Below, one piece after another: positions 37,150 to 46,470 of a stretch of DNA of 64,000 nucleotides. A program made the position numbers and the translations under genes. The notes under the pieces are model-generated. The model searched no databases and was not told the DNA's origin. It worked only from the letters and a program-made list of their open reading frames with translations. Numbering within the stretch: position 1 is the stretch's first letter; every line of letters begins with the position of its first letter. This stretch comes from Phycisphaerales bacterium (GTDB lineage: Bacteria; Planctomycetota; Phycisphaerae; WQYP01). The stretch lies in contig JABEVB010000225.1 of assembly GCA_013044165.1 (NCBI GenBank), forward strand, positions 11,854 to 75,853. Reading direction: 5' to 3'.

Positions 37150-38559
37150 CTACGCCCGCTGCATCATCGCCGCCGGGTCCGCCGGCTCCAACGCTTTCAG
37201 CACTTCCTCCATACGCATCCCACGGGAGCCTTTCAGCAAAATCAATTCATCTCCCTTCAGCAGCCCCTTCAGCAGCGCCCCGGCCTGCCCGGCCGAATCC
37301 GCCTGCTTGATCGCCACCCCCTGGCGATGAGCCTCCTCGGCCGCCAGCCGCATCAGCGGGCCAACCGCCACCAGCAGATCTATCTGATGCTGCGCCACGC
37401 ACCGGCCAATCTCGCGGTGGCACGGCTCGCTCGCTGCGCCCAGTTCCAGCATGTCGCCAAGAATCGCCACCCGCCGCCGACGCCCCGCCGGAAAGCGCGC
37501 CAACACCTCCAACGCCGACGCTACGCTTGTCGGGTTTGCGTTATACGCATCGTTAATCACAATATGTTCACCCAGCCGCTGCGACTCAAGCCGCATCGGC
37601 GCCGGCTTCAGGCGAAGCAGCCCCTGCGCTATCAGCTCATCATCCAAACCCATCCGGCGGGCCACCCCTATCGCCAACAATGAGTTTATCACGTTGTGCC
37701 GACCCAACAGCGGCACCGTAAAGCGCCGACGACCATTGAGTGAAAACTCAACCCCCTCCGGCCTTTCCACAATTTCCGTCGCCTCAAGCTCCGCTCCCGT
37801 ACCGCCATACCCCACCGTAAACCGGCTGATGCGCGACATTCGCAATGCCTCTTCAAGCTCCGGCGAATCGTTCGGCATAAACACCACCGCCCCTTGCGCT
37901 ACATGCCGCACCAACGATGCCTCCTCCCGCGCCACCCCCGCCAAATCCCCAAAAAATTCCAGGTGCTCCATTCCTATGCTCGTTATCACCGCTATGTCAG
38001 GCTGCGCCACCAATCCCAGCGACTCCACTTCGCCCGGCGCATTGCTTCCTATCTCCACCACCACAAACTCATGCTGCGGCTCTACCGCCAGCAGCGTCAG
38101 TGGCAATCCTATGTTGTTGTTAAAGCTCTTCGGGCTGGCATAGCCCCCAAACTTCGTGGACAACACCTCGTATATAATTCCCTTAGTCGTCGTCTTGCCG
38201 TTCGAGCCGCCCACCGCTATCACACGCGTGCGCCACTCCCGCCGTACCGCCCCCGCCAACCGGTTTAAGGCCTTCACCGTGCTGTCTGTCGCCAGCACCG
38301 TCACGCCCACACGCTCCGCCTTTGCAAGCAGGTCGGACGATGCCTCCCCATCCAGCACAATGCCCGCAGCACCTCTGCCTATAACATCCGGCAGAAATTC
38401 ACGCGCATCAAACCGGGCGCCCTTTATCGCAAAAAACAAATCCCCCGGCATCGCCTGCCGACTGTCTGTACAAATACGCCCTGTAAAGCCAATCGTGCCG
38501 CGCGTGAGCCTCCGCCCCAACGTCACACGCCTTATCTGATCAAACGTCCATGGCTCCAT
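37150..38559 (-). CDS. murF: UDP-N-acetylmuramoyl-tripeptide--D-alanyl-D-alanine ligase
   Basis: VGGSNGKTTTKG, NDAYNANP, GDMLELG. Confidence 0.9.
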   Translation of the reverse strand: MEPWTFDQIRRVTLGRRLTRGTIGFTGRICTDSRQAMPGDLFFAIKGARFDAREFLPDVIGRGAAGIVLDGEASSDLLAKAERVGVTVLATDSTVKALNRLAGAVRREWRTRVIAVGGSNGKTTTKGIIYEVLSTKFGGYASPKSFNNNIGLPLTLLAVEPQHEFVVVEIGSNAPGEVESLGLVAQPDIAVITSIGMEHLEFFGDLAGVAREEASLVRHVAQGAVVFMPNDSPELEEALRMSRISRFTVGYGGTGAELEATEIVERPEGVEFSLNGRRRFTVPLLGRHNVINSLLAIGVARRMGLDDELIAQGLLRLKPAPMRLESQRLGEHIVINDAYNANPTSVASALEVLARFPAGRRRRVAILGDMLELGAASEPCHREIGRCVAQHQIDLLVAVGPLMRLAAEEAHRQGVAIKQADSAGQAGALLKGLLKGDELILLKGSRGMRMEEVLKALEPADPAAMMQRA

Positions 38560-38564
38560 ACCCG

Positions 38565-40103
38565 CTACACCTCCACCATGCCGGCCCGCCGCAACCGCAG
38601 CGCGGCCTGCGCCTCGGCCACATCGTCAAACGGCAGCTTCGTTGTCCCCACAATCTGATAATTCTCGTGCCCCTTGCCCGCTATCAGCACCACATCACCC
38701 GGCCGCGCCAGGCCAATCGCCGCGGCAATGGCCTCACGTCGCTGCGCTACCACCCGCGCGCGATGGCGTTGGCTAAAGCCATCCAAAATCATCTCAATAA
38801 TCTTCGCCGGATCTTCCGTCCGCGGGTTGTCACTCGTCACAATCACTTCATCGGCCAGCTTCTCCGCCACCGCAGCCATCTTGGGCCGCTTGGTCACATC
38901 ACGATCACCCCCGCAGCCAAACACACAAATAATGCGACCCTGCGTCCACGGCCTTATGGCAGTCAGCACATTTTCCAACGCGTCGTGCGTGTGTGCATAA
39001 TCCACAAATACCTGAAACGCCATCTCCGCTCGTCTGTACCCCGGCACGATCACCGGCTCCAGCCGCCCGGGCACACAATCCAGCCGTTCTAAACCCGCAA
39101 CCGCCGTACGCACATCCACGCCGACGGCGCACAGGCCGCCCAACGCACACAGCAAATTGTACGCGTTGTGCCGCCCCACAAAACCCGTTTGCAGGTCCAC
39201 CCCAGCCCCAAACGGATGCTCAATTTTCAGGTGCATCCCGCCCGCATCCATCCGCACGATATGCCCCATATAGTCCGGCGTTTTGCCCGCCCCGCCACGC
39301 CTTGGCCCGCCCGCCACGCCATAACGCCATACGCGAGCCTTGCAGCTTTGCACCATGCGGTCGCTCCACGCGTCGTCCGCATTCACCACCGCATAAGCCG
39401 ATGGCGCCAAGCCCTCAAATAGCATCGCTTTGGCGGCGGCATAGTTCTCCATCGTCCCATGATAATCCAGATGATCGCCCGTTAAATTGCTGAACATCCC
39501 CACCGCAAAGCCAAGCCCCGCCAAACGCCGCTGATGCAGCGAATGACTGCTCGCCTCCAGCACCGCATAAGAAAGCCCATTACGCCGCATGCGGGCAAAC
39601 AAATCGGCCAGTTCAATCGGGCCGGGGGTGGTCATGCTGCTTTCCAAAACCACGGCCCCATCATCCGTTTGCACCGTCCCCACCAGGCCGCACCGCTGCT
39701 GCGCCGCCGCCAAGCCCGCCCGCACCAGATACGTCGTCGTTGTTTTGCCGTTCGTCCCCGTCACCGCCAGCAGTCGCAGCGATGCCGCAGCATCTCCCGC
39801 CATCCGATGCGCCAGATACCCCAGCGCCGCAGCCGCATGCGCCACCTCCACGCCCACCACGCCCGCCGGCAGCCTGGCCTCCTCCAGCGTCCCACGCTCC
39901 GCAACAACCGCAACCACGCCCCGTGCCACAGCATCAGCTACAAACCGGCCCCCATCCGCCCGCACGCCCGAGCGTGCCACAAACATATCGCCCGCGCGTG
40001 CCTGCCGTGAATCTTCTATCACCCGCTCAATCACCGGATCCGCCGCGCCATGCACCGCCAAACCCGCCAACGGCAATCCAGCTAGTAATTGGCTTAATCG
40101 CAT
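38565..40103 (-). CDS. murE: UDP-N-acetylmuramoyl-L-alanyl-D-glutamate--2,6-diaminopimelate ligase
   Basis: VTGTNGKTTTTYL, VDYAHTHDAL. The DNPR motif (TSDNPRTEDP) is typical of meso-DAP-adding MurE. Confidence 0.92.
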   Translation of the reverse strand: MRLSQLLAGLPLAGLAVHGAADPVIERVIEDSRQARAGDMFVARSGVRADGGRFVADAVARGVVAVVAERGTLEEARLPAGVVGVEVAHAAAALGYLAHRMAGDAAASLRLLAVTGTNGKTTTTYLVRAGLAAAQQRCGLVGTVQTDDGAVVLESSMTTPGPIELADLFARMRRNGLSYAVLEASSHSLHQRRLAGLGFAVGMFSNLTGDHLDYHGTMENYAAAKAMLFEGLAPSAYAVVNADDAWSDRMVQSCKARVWRYGVAGGPRRGGAGKTPDYMGHIVRMDAGGMHLKIEHPFGAGVDLQTGFVGRHNAYNLLCALGGLCAVGVDVRTAVAGLERLDCVPGRLEPVIVPGYRRAEMAFQVFVDYAHTHDALENVLTAIRPWTQGRIICVFGCGGDRDVTKRPKMAAVAEKLADEVIVTSDNPRTEDPAKIIEMILDGFSQRHRARVVAQRREAIAAAIGLARPGDVVLIAGKGHENYQIVGTTKLPFDDVAEAQAALRLRRAGMVEV

Positions 40104-40151
40104 TCAACTACGCTTTCATCTTTTAACCGGCTGCTTCACCTGCCTGCCAGG

Positions 40152-42071
40152 TTAGTGTGCCAATCCCTTGAGCTTCTTCATCTCGGCTTCTTTACCCCAC
40201 CAAGGGTCTGTCTGCGGCCCCTGGTCCGGCGGAACCTGCATGTAAAGCAGCGACTTTTCCAGAATTTTCGAGCACGCCGGCCCCGCCACCGTGCCACCAT
40301 AATGCCCCAAATGTGGATTGGGCTTGTGAACCGCCACCACGCAAATTAACCGTGGATACGGCGTTGGGCCTCCCGCTATAAATGTCGCGTTGTATTGATG
40401 CGCGTGGTACCGATCCGCCCCCGGAATCGCCAAATTCGCCGTCCCCGTTTTGCCAAACAGCCGGTAATACCGCGATATCGAGTATTGACCCGTTCCACGA
40501 ACCATCACCTGTTCCAACGCGCTGCGCATCTCATGGCAAACATGCCGCGAAATGATCCGCCGCCACTGCGGTGGGCCTGCCAGTTGGCTCCATTCATACA
40601 CCGGGCCACCCGGTGCCTGTACCGCCTGCACAATTTGCGGCGTCGGCAACAGCCCGCCGCTCCCAAACACGCAAAAGGCCCGCGCCAACTGCAGCGCCGT
40701 AACCCCAACGCCATAACCAAAACTCGCCGAGGTCAGCGTGCCACGCGTCCACTGGGCCTCCGGACGCACCAAACCCGGCGAATCGCCCGGCAGCGCACAA
40801 CCCGTCATCCGCCCAAAGCCAAACGCCCGCACACCCGCGGCCAGCAGCGGTATGCCCATCTTCCACCCTACCTGCGTCATGCCGATATTGCTCGAATGTA
40901 CCAGTATGTCTGTCACCGACAATTCGCCGTAGCCATCCACGTCCGTAATCAGCCGGCCCGTCGGATCCCGATACCTTCCTTCATGGCAGTTGAACATCTC
41001 GTCCAGCGTCACCACATGATGCGCCAGCGCCCAGGCAACGTTAAACGGCTTAAAAACCGAACCAGGCTCAAACGGGTCGGTCACGGCCCTATTGCGCCAA
41101 TATTTTTCCGGAGTACCCTGGTAATTGTTCGGATTCAGCGGCGGATAATTGGCCATCGCCAGAATATCTCCATTGCGGGGGTTCATCACAACCGCCGACG
41201 CGCTCGCTGCCGCAAACTTGCGGCACGCCTTGTCCAGCTCTTCTTCCGCAAATCCTTGAATGGTTGAGTTAATCGTCAGCCACACCCGCATGCCGTCGTT
41301 GGCCGGCTTATAGCCGTGTTTATCTATCCACAGTGCTCGCTCGGCCGCATCTTTTACATAAACCATATCTCCCTGCCGCCCCACCAACAGCGCATTGAGT
41401 TGGTTTTCAAGCCCCTGCAGGCCGGTTTGCGAGTTGGCAAAGCCAATTACCTGGCCCGCAAAACTCCCCAGCGGATACACCCGCCGAGTCGAGCGATCAA
41501 ACCGAATGCCATCCAGCGCATGATAATAAATTTCCGCCTGCCGGCTGTGCCCATGGCGAATATCCGCCATCGCCTTCTTCTGAAGCTTGTTTCGCAGCGA
41601 TGCAAACCGGGCATAAAAAGAATAATCTACGCCGCGTTTAAGCCACAAAAATCGTCGCAGCGAACCATCTTTGTAATACAGATGCGCCTTGAGTGTCGCC
41701 ATCACCGCATCGGGCGTGCAGTTAAGCAGCGGGGCAATGGTGCGGGCCATAACCCTACGCGCCTCCGCAACATCATGACCGCTTAGCGCATTAAGCTTGC
41801 CCTGCGGATCCATAATGTAGCCCGGATCCGCATACATGCTGTAAATGCGCACGCTGCCGGCAATCAAGGTCGAATCACTCGTGTAGATCGAGGCGCGCCG
41901 CGCCATGATCGCCACGCGCGCCACATGCTGCGCTCGCAACTCCTGCAAATCGCCTCGCGTCACATGCGTTTGCAGCCAGCCCACCCGTCCCAAAAGCCCA
42001 ACCAGCAACGCCGCCGCAGCCAGCAGCACCAGGCTCGAAAGCCAATTCGCCCGCCTTAAAAGATTCAGCAT
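40152..42071 (-). CDS. ftsI: class B penicillin-binding protein (FtsI-type transpeptidase)
   Basis: N-terminal TM anchor. SxxK (GSVFKPF), SxN (HSSNIG), KTG (GKTGTA). Confidence 0.9.
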   Translation of the reverse strand: MLNLLRRANWLSSLVLLAAAALLVGLLGRVGWLQTHVTRGDLQELRAQHVARVAIMARRASIYTSDSTLIAGSVRIYSMYADPGYIMDPQGKLNALSGHDVAEARRVMARTIAPLLNCTPDAVMATLKAHLYYKDGSLRRFLWLKRGVDYSFYARFASLRNKLQKKAMADIRHGHSRQAEIYYHALDGIRFDRSTRRVYPLGSFAGQVIGFANSQTGLQGLENQLNALLVGRQGDMVYVKDAAERALWIDKHGYKPANDGMRVWLTINSTIQGFAEEELDKACRKFAAASASAVVMNPRNGDILAMANYPPLNPNNYQGTPEKYWRNRAVTDPFEPGSVFKPFNVAWALAHHVVTLDEMFNCHEGRYRDPTGRLITDVDGYGELSVTDILVHSSNIGMTQVGWKMGIPLLAAGVRAFGFGRMTGCALPGDSPGLVRPEAQWTRGTLTSASFGYGVGVTALQLARAFCVFGSGGLLPTPQIVQAVQAPGGPVYEWSQLAGPPQWRRIISRHVCHEMRSALEQVMVRGTGQYSISRYYRLFGKTGTANLAIPGADRYHAHQYNATFIAGGPTPYPRLICVVAVHKPNPHLGHYGGTVAGPACSKILEKSLLYMQVPPDQGPQTDPWWGKEAEMKKLKGLAH

Positions 42072-42237
42072 ACCCCACCCTCCGGCAGGATCGCACCGAA
42101 TGCAACACCCACCAACAAGCCACGGGGTTTAGCCCCATAGTCCTCCCCAGCCGGCGATAGCGCCGCCGGGGCCGCCGCTGCTCGCACCGGCTCCGCCCCC
42201 GTCTCCTCTATGCGCACCGCTCGGAGCATCCTCTGCA

Positions 42238-42585
42238 TCATGGACCTCCCGATTGCGAAGCATCGCGTGCAAACGAACTCAGAGGCACCGGTGCAACGGG
42301 TGCCTGCACCACCGGCCCAGACGCCGCCGGCTGCGTCGCCGCCACTCCTTGCCCAGCCGCAGCTTGTGTCGCCGCCGCCTGCCGCGCCAGCCTGCGCGTA
42401 AGTGTCATCGTGTTCGTATTGGCCGCAATTTGTGTTTGTTGATCCCACAGAATGTGTTGCCGCGAGAGTATCTTGCTGTACAAATGCGCGCACTGACTGG
42501 TCAAATTAATCTGCTGCTGCCGCAGGCCCAAAAGCACTGCCGCCATCAGCAAAAAACCAGCCATCGCCGCTATAAGCTTCAACAT
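42238..42585 (-). CDS. FtsL-like small bitopic protein
   Basis: 115 aa with N-terminal TM LIAAMAGFLLMAAVLLGL followed by a Q-rich helical segment. Sits immediately upstream of ftsI. Called by position and architecture only. Confidence 0.45.
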   Translation of the reverse strand: MLKLIAAMAGFLLMAAVLLGLRQQQINLTSQCAHLYSKILSRQHILWDQQTQIAANTNTMTLTRRLARQAAATQAAAGQGVAATQPAASGPVVQAPVAPVPLSSFARDASQSGGP

Positions 42586-43026
42586 GAGGGCCTGCCATCC
42601 CTGCAGTTTGCCCCGGCAGCGCTGCGGAGTCCTTCCACAGCAACTTTCGCTGCCGACATTTTAGAGCCGCCATCAGTATATCACGCTTCCGCCACAAGCA
42701 AAGTCAATTCCCACCCCCAGGCGCACCGGGCAGGGCAATTTTCTCGGGCGGCCAGCCGGCTGCCCCGGTAACGCAAGCATCCGGTCTGCATCGGCCCGAG
42801 TGTGAGAGTCTGCAATGCACACCTGTAATATCTTGTTTTTCTGACAAGAAACACGCCGCTTGGCACTCCAGACGCCAAGCTCCCAACTCCCGTCTTGCGG
42901 CCCACAGGCCGCGCCATGTCCCCTGCGGTTAACCCACGTCGCGCAGTGACCCTAAATAAATCAATCTTTGCATCCTGGTGCCTTTGGTGTAAATCACCCC
43001 GTCTCCGCGACACTCGTCGCGCAGTA

Positions 43027-43048
43027 ATATATAAACGATATTATATAT
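43027..43048. promoter_or_regulatory. AT-only inverted repeat ATATATAA-N6-TTATATAT in the dcw/cysteine-desulfurase divergent region
   Basis: Read directly. 8-bp arms are exact reverse complements, embedded in an AT-rich patch of an otherwise GC-rich sequence. Confidence 0.25.
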
Positions 43049-43353
43049 CTCTGTTCTTCTCTGTGCCCTCGGTGGCAAAAACGTCGCGAATCGCCCCAAC
43101 AAAACATCTTCGTGACTTGGCGGCTTAGTGGTAAACCCAAATACCCTTGCAGCCACGAAGCACCAAAGACACCGAGTTAAGTAACCTTTAATACCATTGA
43201 ATTTTATGCTTTATTCATCAAAGGATATCTGAGCACACTGATACCTTCGTGGTAAAAGAAAACATCTCTGCGTAACTTTGCCTTGTTGAGGCAAGGAGTC
43301 AAAGATCGGGGCTCTCGGCGCAGCCGCCGCAGCGGCACGGTATAATTTCTCCC

Positions 43354-44508
43354 ATGATTTATCTTGATAACAATGCAACCACGCGGCCTTATCCGCAGGT
43401 ACTTGAACAGATGCAGCCTTTTCTCGCCGACGCCTATGGAAACCCCTCAAGCGTCCATCGCTTTGGCCAGGAAGCTCGCCAAGCCGTAGAGCAGGCCCGC
43501 TACCGGGTGGCCAACCTGCTCCATTGTCAGCCCGGCGAAGTCATTTTTACCAGCGGTGGCACCGAAGCCGACAATGCAGCCATCGCGGGCCTCGCGGCGG
43601 CACAGCCCAACAAAAAAGCCATTATTACCTCCAGCGTCGAGCACAGCGCTGTCCGCGAGCCGCTCGCCCGCATGGCCGATTGCGGCTTCAACATTATTGA
43701 AATACCCGTAGACCAAAAAGGCGAACTCGATTACGCCACCCTGCAAAACGCCCTCGCTCGCGGCGACGTGGCGCTGGCTGCCATCATGGCCGCCAATAAC
43801 GAAACTGGCGTTGTTTTCGACATTTCCGCCGTGGGCAACTTATGCCGCAATGCGGGTGTTCCACTGCATGTTGACGCCGTACAAATGGCCGGAAAACTCC
43901 CAATTGATTTCGCCGCCCTGCCCGTACAAACCCTGGCCATCAGCGCCCACAAGTTTCATGGGCCTAAAGGTGTCGGTGCGCTAGTTGTTCGCCGCGGCAG
44001 CCGCTGGCAATCCTTCATTCGCGGCGGCCCACAAGAACGCGACCGCCGTGGCGGCACCGAAAATGTCCCCGGCATTGTGGGCATGGGCGCAGCGGCTGAG
44101 CTGGCGCAGCACAAATTCCAAACACCCGCCATTTTCACACGCATTGCGACGCTGCGCAATACGCTCGAAACAGGCATCATTAACTCCATCGCCGAAACCA
44201 CCATTAATGGCAACACCGCCAGCCGCATTGGCAACACCACCAACATTGGCTTTGCCGGCCTTGAGGCCGAAGCGATACTGCTGCTGCTAAGCCAGCACGA
44301 CGTTTGCGCCAGCGCTGGAGCGGCCTGCTCGAGCGGCTCACTGGAGCCATCGCACGTGCTGCGGGCCATGAAACTGCCGGATCGCGTGGCTCATGGCTCG
44401 CTTCGCTTTTCACTTTCAGAGTTTACAACCGAAACAGAAATTGCCGAAACGCTGGAAATATTGCCTGCCATTATCGAACAACTGCGTAAGGTGCTGCCGA
44501 CCGCATAA
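43354..44508 (+). CDS. cysteine desulfurase (NifS/IscS class)
   Basis: MIYLDNNATTRP, PLP lysine SAHKFHGPKGVG, catalytic loop SAGAACSSG. Confidence 0.9.
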   Translation: MIYLDNNATTRPYPQVLEQMQPFLADAYGNPSSVHRFGQEARQAVEQARYRVANLLHCQPGEVIFTSGGTEADNAAIAGLAAAQPNKKAIITSSVEHSAVREPLARMADCGFNIIEIPVDQKGELDYATLQNALARGDVALAAIMAANNETGVVFDISAVGNLCRNAGVPLHVDAVQMAGKLPIDFAALPVQTLAISAHKFHGPKGVGALVVRRGSRWQSFIRGGPQERDRRGGTENVPGIVGMGAAAELAQHKFQTPAIFTRIATLRNTLETGIINSIAETTINGNTASRIGNTTNIGFAGLEAEAILLLLSQHDVCASAGAACSSGSLEPSHVLRAMKLPDRVAHGSLRFSLSEFTTETEIAETLEILPAIIEQLRKVLPTA

Positions 44509-44595
44509 GCGGCGCAGCTACCTTCGCCAAACCGGGCCGTCGAGGCAGGCATGGTTAATACAACACAAAACGTTACCATTCAGGCTGCTTAAACC

Positions 44596-45651
44596 ATGAT
44601 GCAACCATCCCTCAAAAACCATTCCAGCCCATTGTGCACCGCCCTCCCAGCGGCTCTCTTAAGCATCTGCGTCGTCCTGTGCCGGTCGCACAACTCAAGC
44701 GCGGCAGCAAGCGGCCTTGTTTACCTGAATCCTATGGCGCAGCTCGTAAAATATAACATCGCGGTGCGCGATGGCAGCGTTAAATTCACCGGCATTATTC
44801 ATACCAGCGGGCCAAACCACCTCGACAATTGCCGGGGCACGCTAAGCCTGAACGCCCCTTTCCTGGCCTGGCCCAACAAAGCCAAGCCCGTGCTCATCTG
44901 TCATGGGCTGCAGGCCAGCGCTCTGGTGCACTATTGGCACGACGCACATGGCCAAAGGCACATTCACCTTCGCAGCGGCAAAGTTACATTTGCCGCGCTT
45001 AGCCTGTCGTGGCTTACATTCAGCAACGGGCAAATTACGTTAAGCGTGCGCAAGCATATTCTTGCGATAACAGCCCTGGCAGCCCATTGCAGGCAGGCAG
45101 CTATCTCGGCAACGGGACATTACAATCTTGCCCTGCACACGGGATTGCTTGTTGCATCGGTTACAAACCTGCACGAGCATCTTTTTTTACGGCGACTGTA
45201 TCCCACACATGTAGACGCTCACGGTGTCGCCGCACTTACCCTCCACCTTAACCTGAGTTCTCATGGGCAGATTTCAGCCACCGCACATCTCAAGGGAATC
45301 GGCCCTGGCCTGCTGCGACTGCGCGACCTGCCGATTGTAGCTTCGCTGGTGCACATCAAGTACACCGGCGTACTCGCCTCGGCTATTCTGCAGGACATGC
45401 GCGATTATCCATACGCCCATGAAAACGTCGCTTTTTTCGTGGGCGCTGCATCGTCCAAACTCACGCTTGAGTTCTTGCGCGGCAACGGAAATCCCGGACA
45501 TATACCCAACCGCAAATTTGTGTACCAGGGGCATGTTGTCATCTTCCGACCCAATAGCCTGCGGAGCATTCGCATCAGCATCCCCATGCCCGGAGCAACC
45601 TTACCCCGCCTGCTGCAACTGCTGCAACAGTTTTCGCAGGCCAAATATTGA
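44596..45651 (+). CDS. N-terminally anchored beta-rich envelope protein, candidate short YdbH/AsmA-like partner
   Basis: N-terminal hydrophobic anchor ALPAALLSICVVLC. Repetitive beta-strand-like segments (LTLHLNLSSHGQISATAHLKG etc.). Lies immediately upstream of the YnbE/YdbL-like gene. The YdbH assignment rests on synteny and architecture, not on recognised motifs. Confidence 0.4.
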   Translation: MMQPSLKNHSSPLCTALPAALLSICVVLCRSHNSSAAASGLVYLNPMAQLVKYNIAVRDGSVKFTGIIHTSGPNHLDNCRGTLSLNAPFLAWPNKAKPVLICHGLQASALVHYWHDAHGQRHIHLRSGKVTFAALSLSWLTFSNGQITLSVRKHILAITALAAHCRQAAISATGHYNLALHTGLLVASVTNLHEHLFLRRLYPTHVDAHGVAALTLHLNLSSHGQISATAHLKGIGPGLLRLRDLPIVASLVHIKYTGVLASAILQDMRDYPYAHENVAFFVGAASSKLTLEFLRGNGNPGHIPNRKFVYQGHVVIFRPNSLRSIRISIPMPGATLPRLLQLLQQFSQAKY

Positions 45652-45716
45652 TGCACCCGCCTTGGAGATTGGTATATAATCGCATCAACAGAAGGCTTGC
45701 ATCAGGAGTTAAATTT

Positions 45717-46421
45717 ATGATTTCAATCAAACATGGCCTGATCCGTAGCGTTTTTGTGTTGCTCACCACCGCGGCATGCAGCGCGTCGGCGGGCTGCTTA
45801 AGCACCCACAACGACGTGGTCATTCAGCAGCAAAAGCCTCTGGAGGTGGATGTTAACCTCAACGGCAAGCTCACGCTGGTGGTCCATGAGGCTCATGACG
45901 ATCTTAGCTACATTACCGGCCAGCAGCCTGGCTCATCGCCGGCTGCGGCAACGGGAGTTCCAACCAAGACCAACCCCGGTTCGCCGGCCTCAACCTTGCC
46001 GGCAGCCAGCGGCACCAGCCAGCCCAGTTCGTTCAACACACTGCACAACAGCCATTCCATTGTGCTGCTCGATATGTTCGCGGCCACCGCCGGTGGGCTT
46101 CCCGATAAAGCCACCGTCCTGCATGAAATGCGGGCCAATTATCCGGCGGTTCGCAAACTTAAAGAAGCACAGCTTGTTGGTGAAGCGCACAGCGGTTATG
46201 TAGTGGCCCTCAAAGCGCTTAGCCCCACACAGCAACAGACCATTCAACGGCAAGATTTTTATCGGCGTGAGCTGTATCAGATTGTCGCCCGGCAAACGAG
46301 CCAGTCGTTTCAGGCGGTAAGTCTCATTTTCTTCAAGCAGTGGTTGAGATTCCTGAAGCCCGGCGATTGGTACCAGAAACAAAACGCCGGCGGCCAATGG
46401 GTGTGGACACAGTATAAATAA
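45717..46421 (+). CDS. fusion lipoprotein: YnbE-like N-terminal module + P/S-rich linker + YdbL (DUF1318) C-terminal domain
   Basis: AGGAG SD. Signal peptide with lipobox-like SAGC. KPLEVDVNLNGKLTLVVHEAHDDL resembles YnbE (..PITINMNVKIEHEI.IKVD..). AQLVGEAHSGYVVAL...RRELYQIVARQT...KPGDWYQKQNAGGQWV resembles E. coli YdbL (GRVGE..YGYLVAL...YQQLAKQN...KPGEYVQ..NGKWV). Confidence 0.6.
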   Translation: MISIKHGLIRSVFVLLTTAACSASAGCLSTHNDVVIQQQKPLEVDVNLNGKLTLVVHEAHDDLSYITGQQPGSSPAAATGVPTKTNPGSPASTLPAASGTSQPSSFNTLHNSHSIVLLDMFAATAGGLPDKATVLHEMRANYPAVRKLKEAQLVGEAHSGYVVALKALSPTQQQTIQRQDFYRRELYQIVARQTSQSFQAVSLIFFKQWLRFLKPGDWYQKQNAGGQWVWTQYK

Positions 46422-46470
46422 TCGCCACTTTGCCGGCGACAAGCTCCAAAGCACGCACCGCGCACCGCAG

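Noticed and set aside
42681-43156. Short ORFs (110, 77 and 75 aa) in the region where mraZ and rsmH would be expected.
   Set aside because: They lack the MraZ (F.G......D.KGR...P) and RsmH (H.PVL, SAM-binding GxGxG) signatures, overlap each other on both strands, and have no SD.
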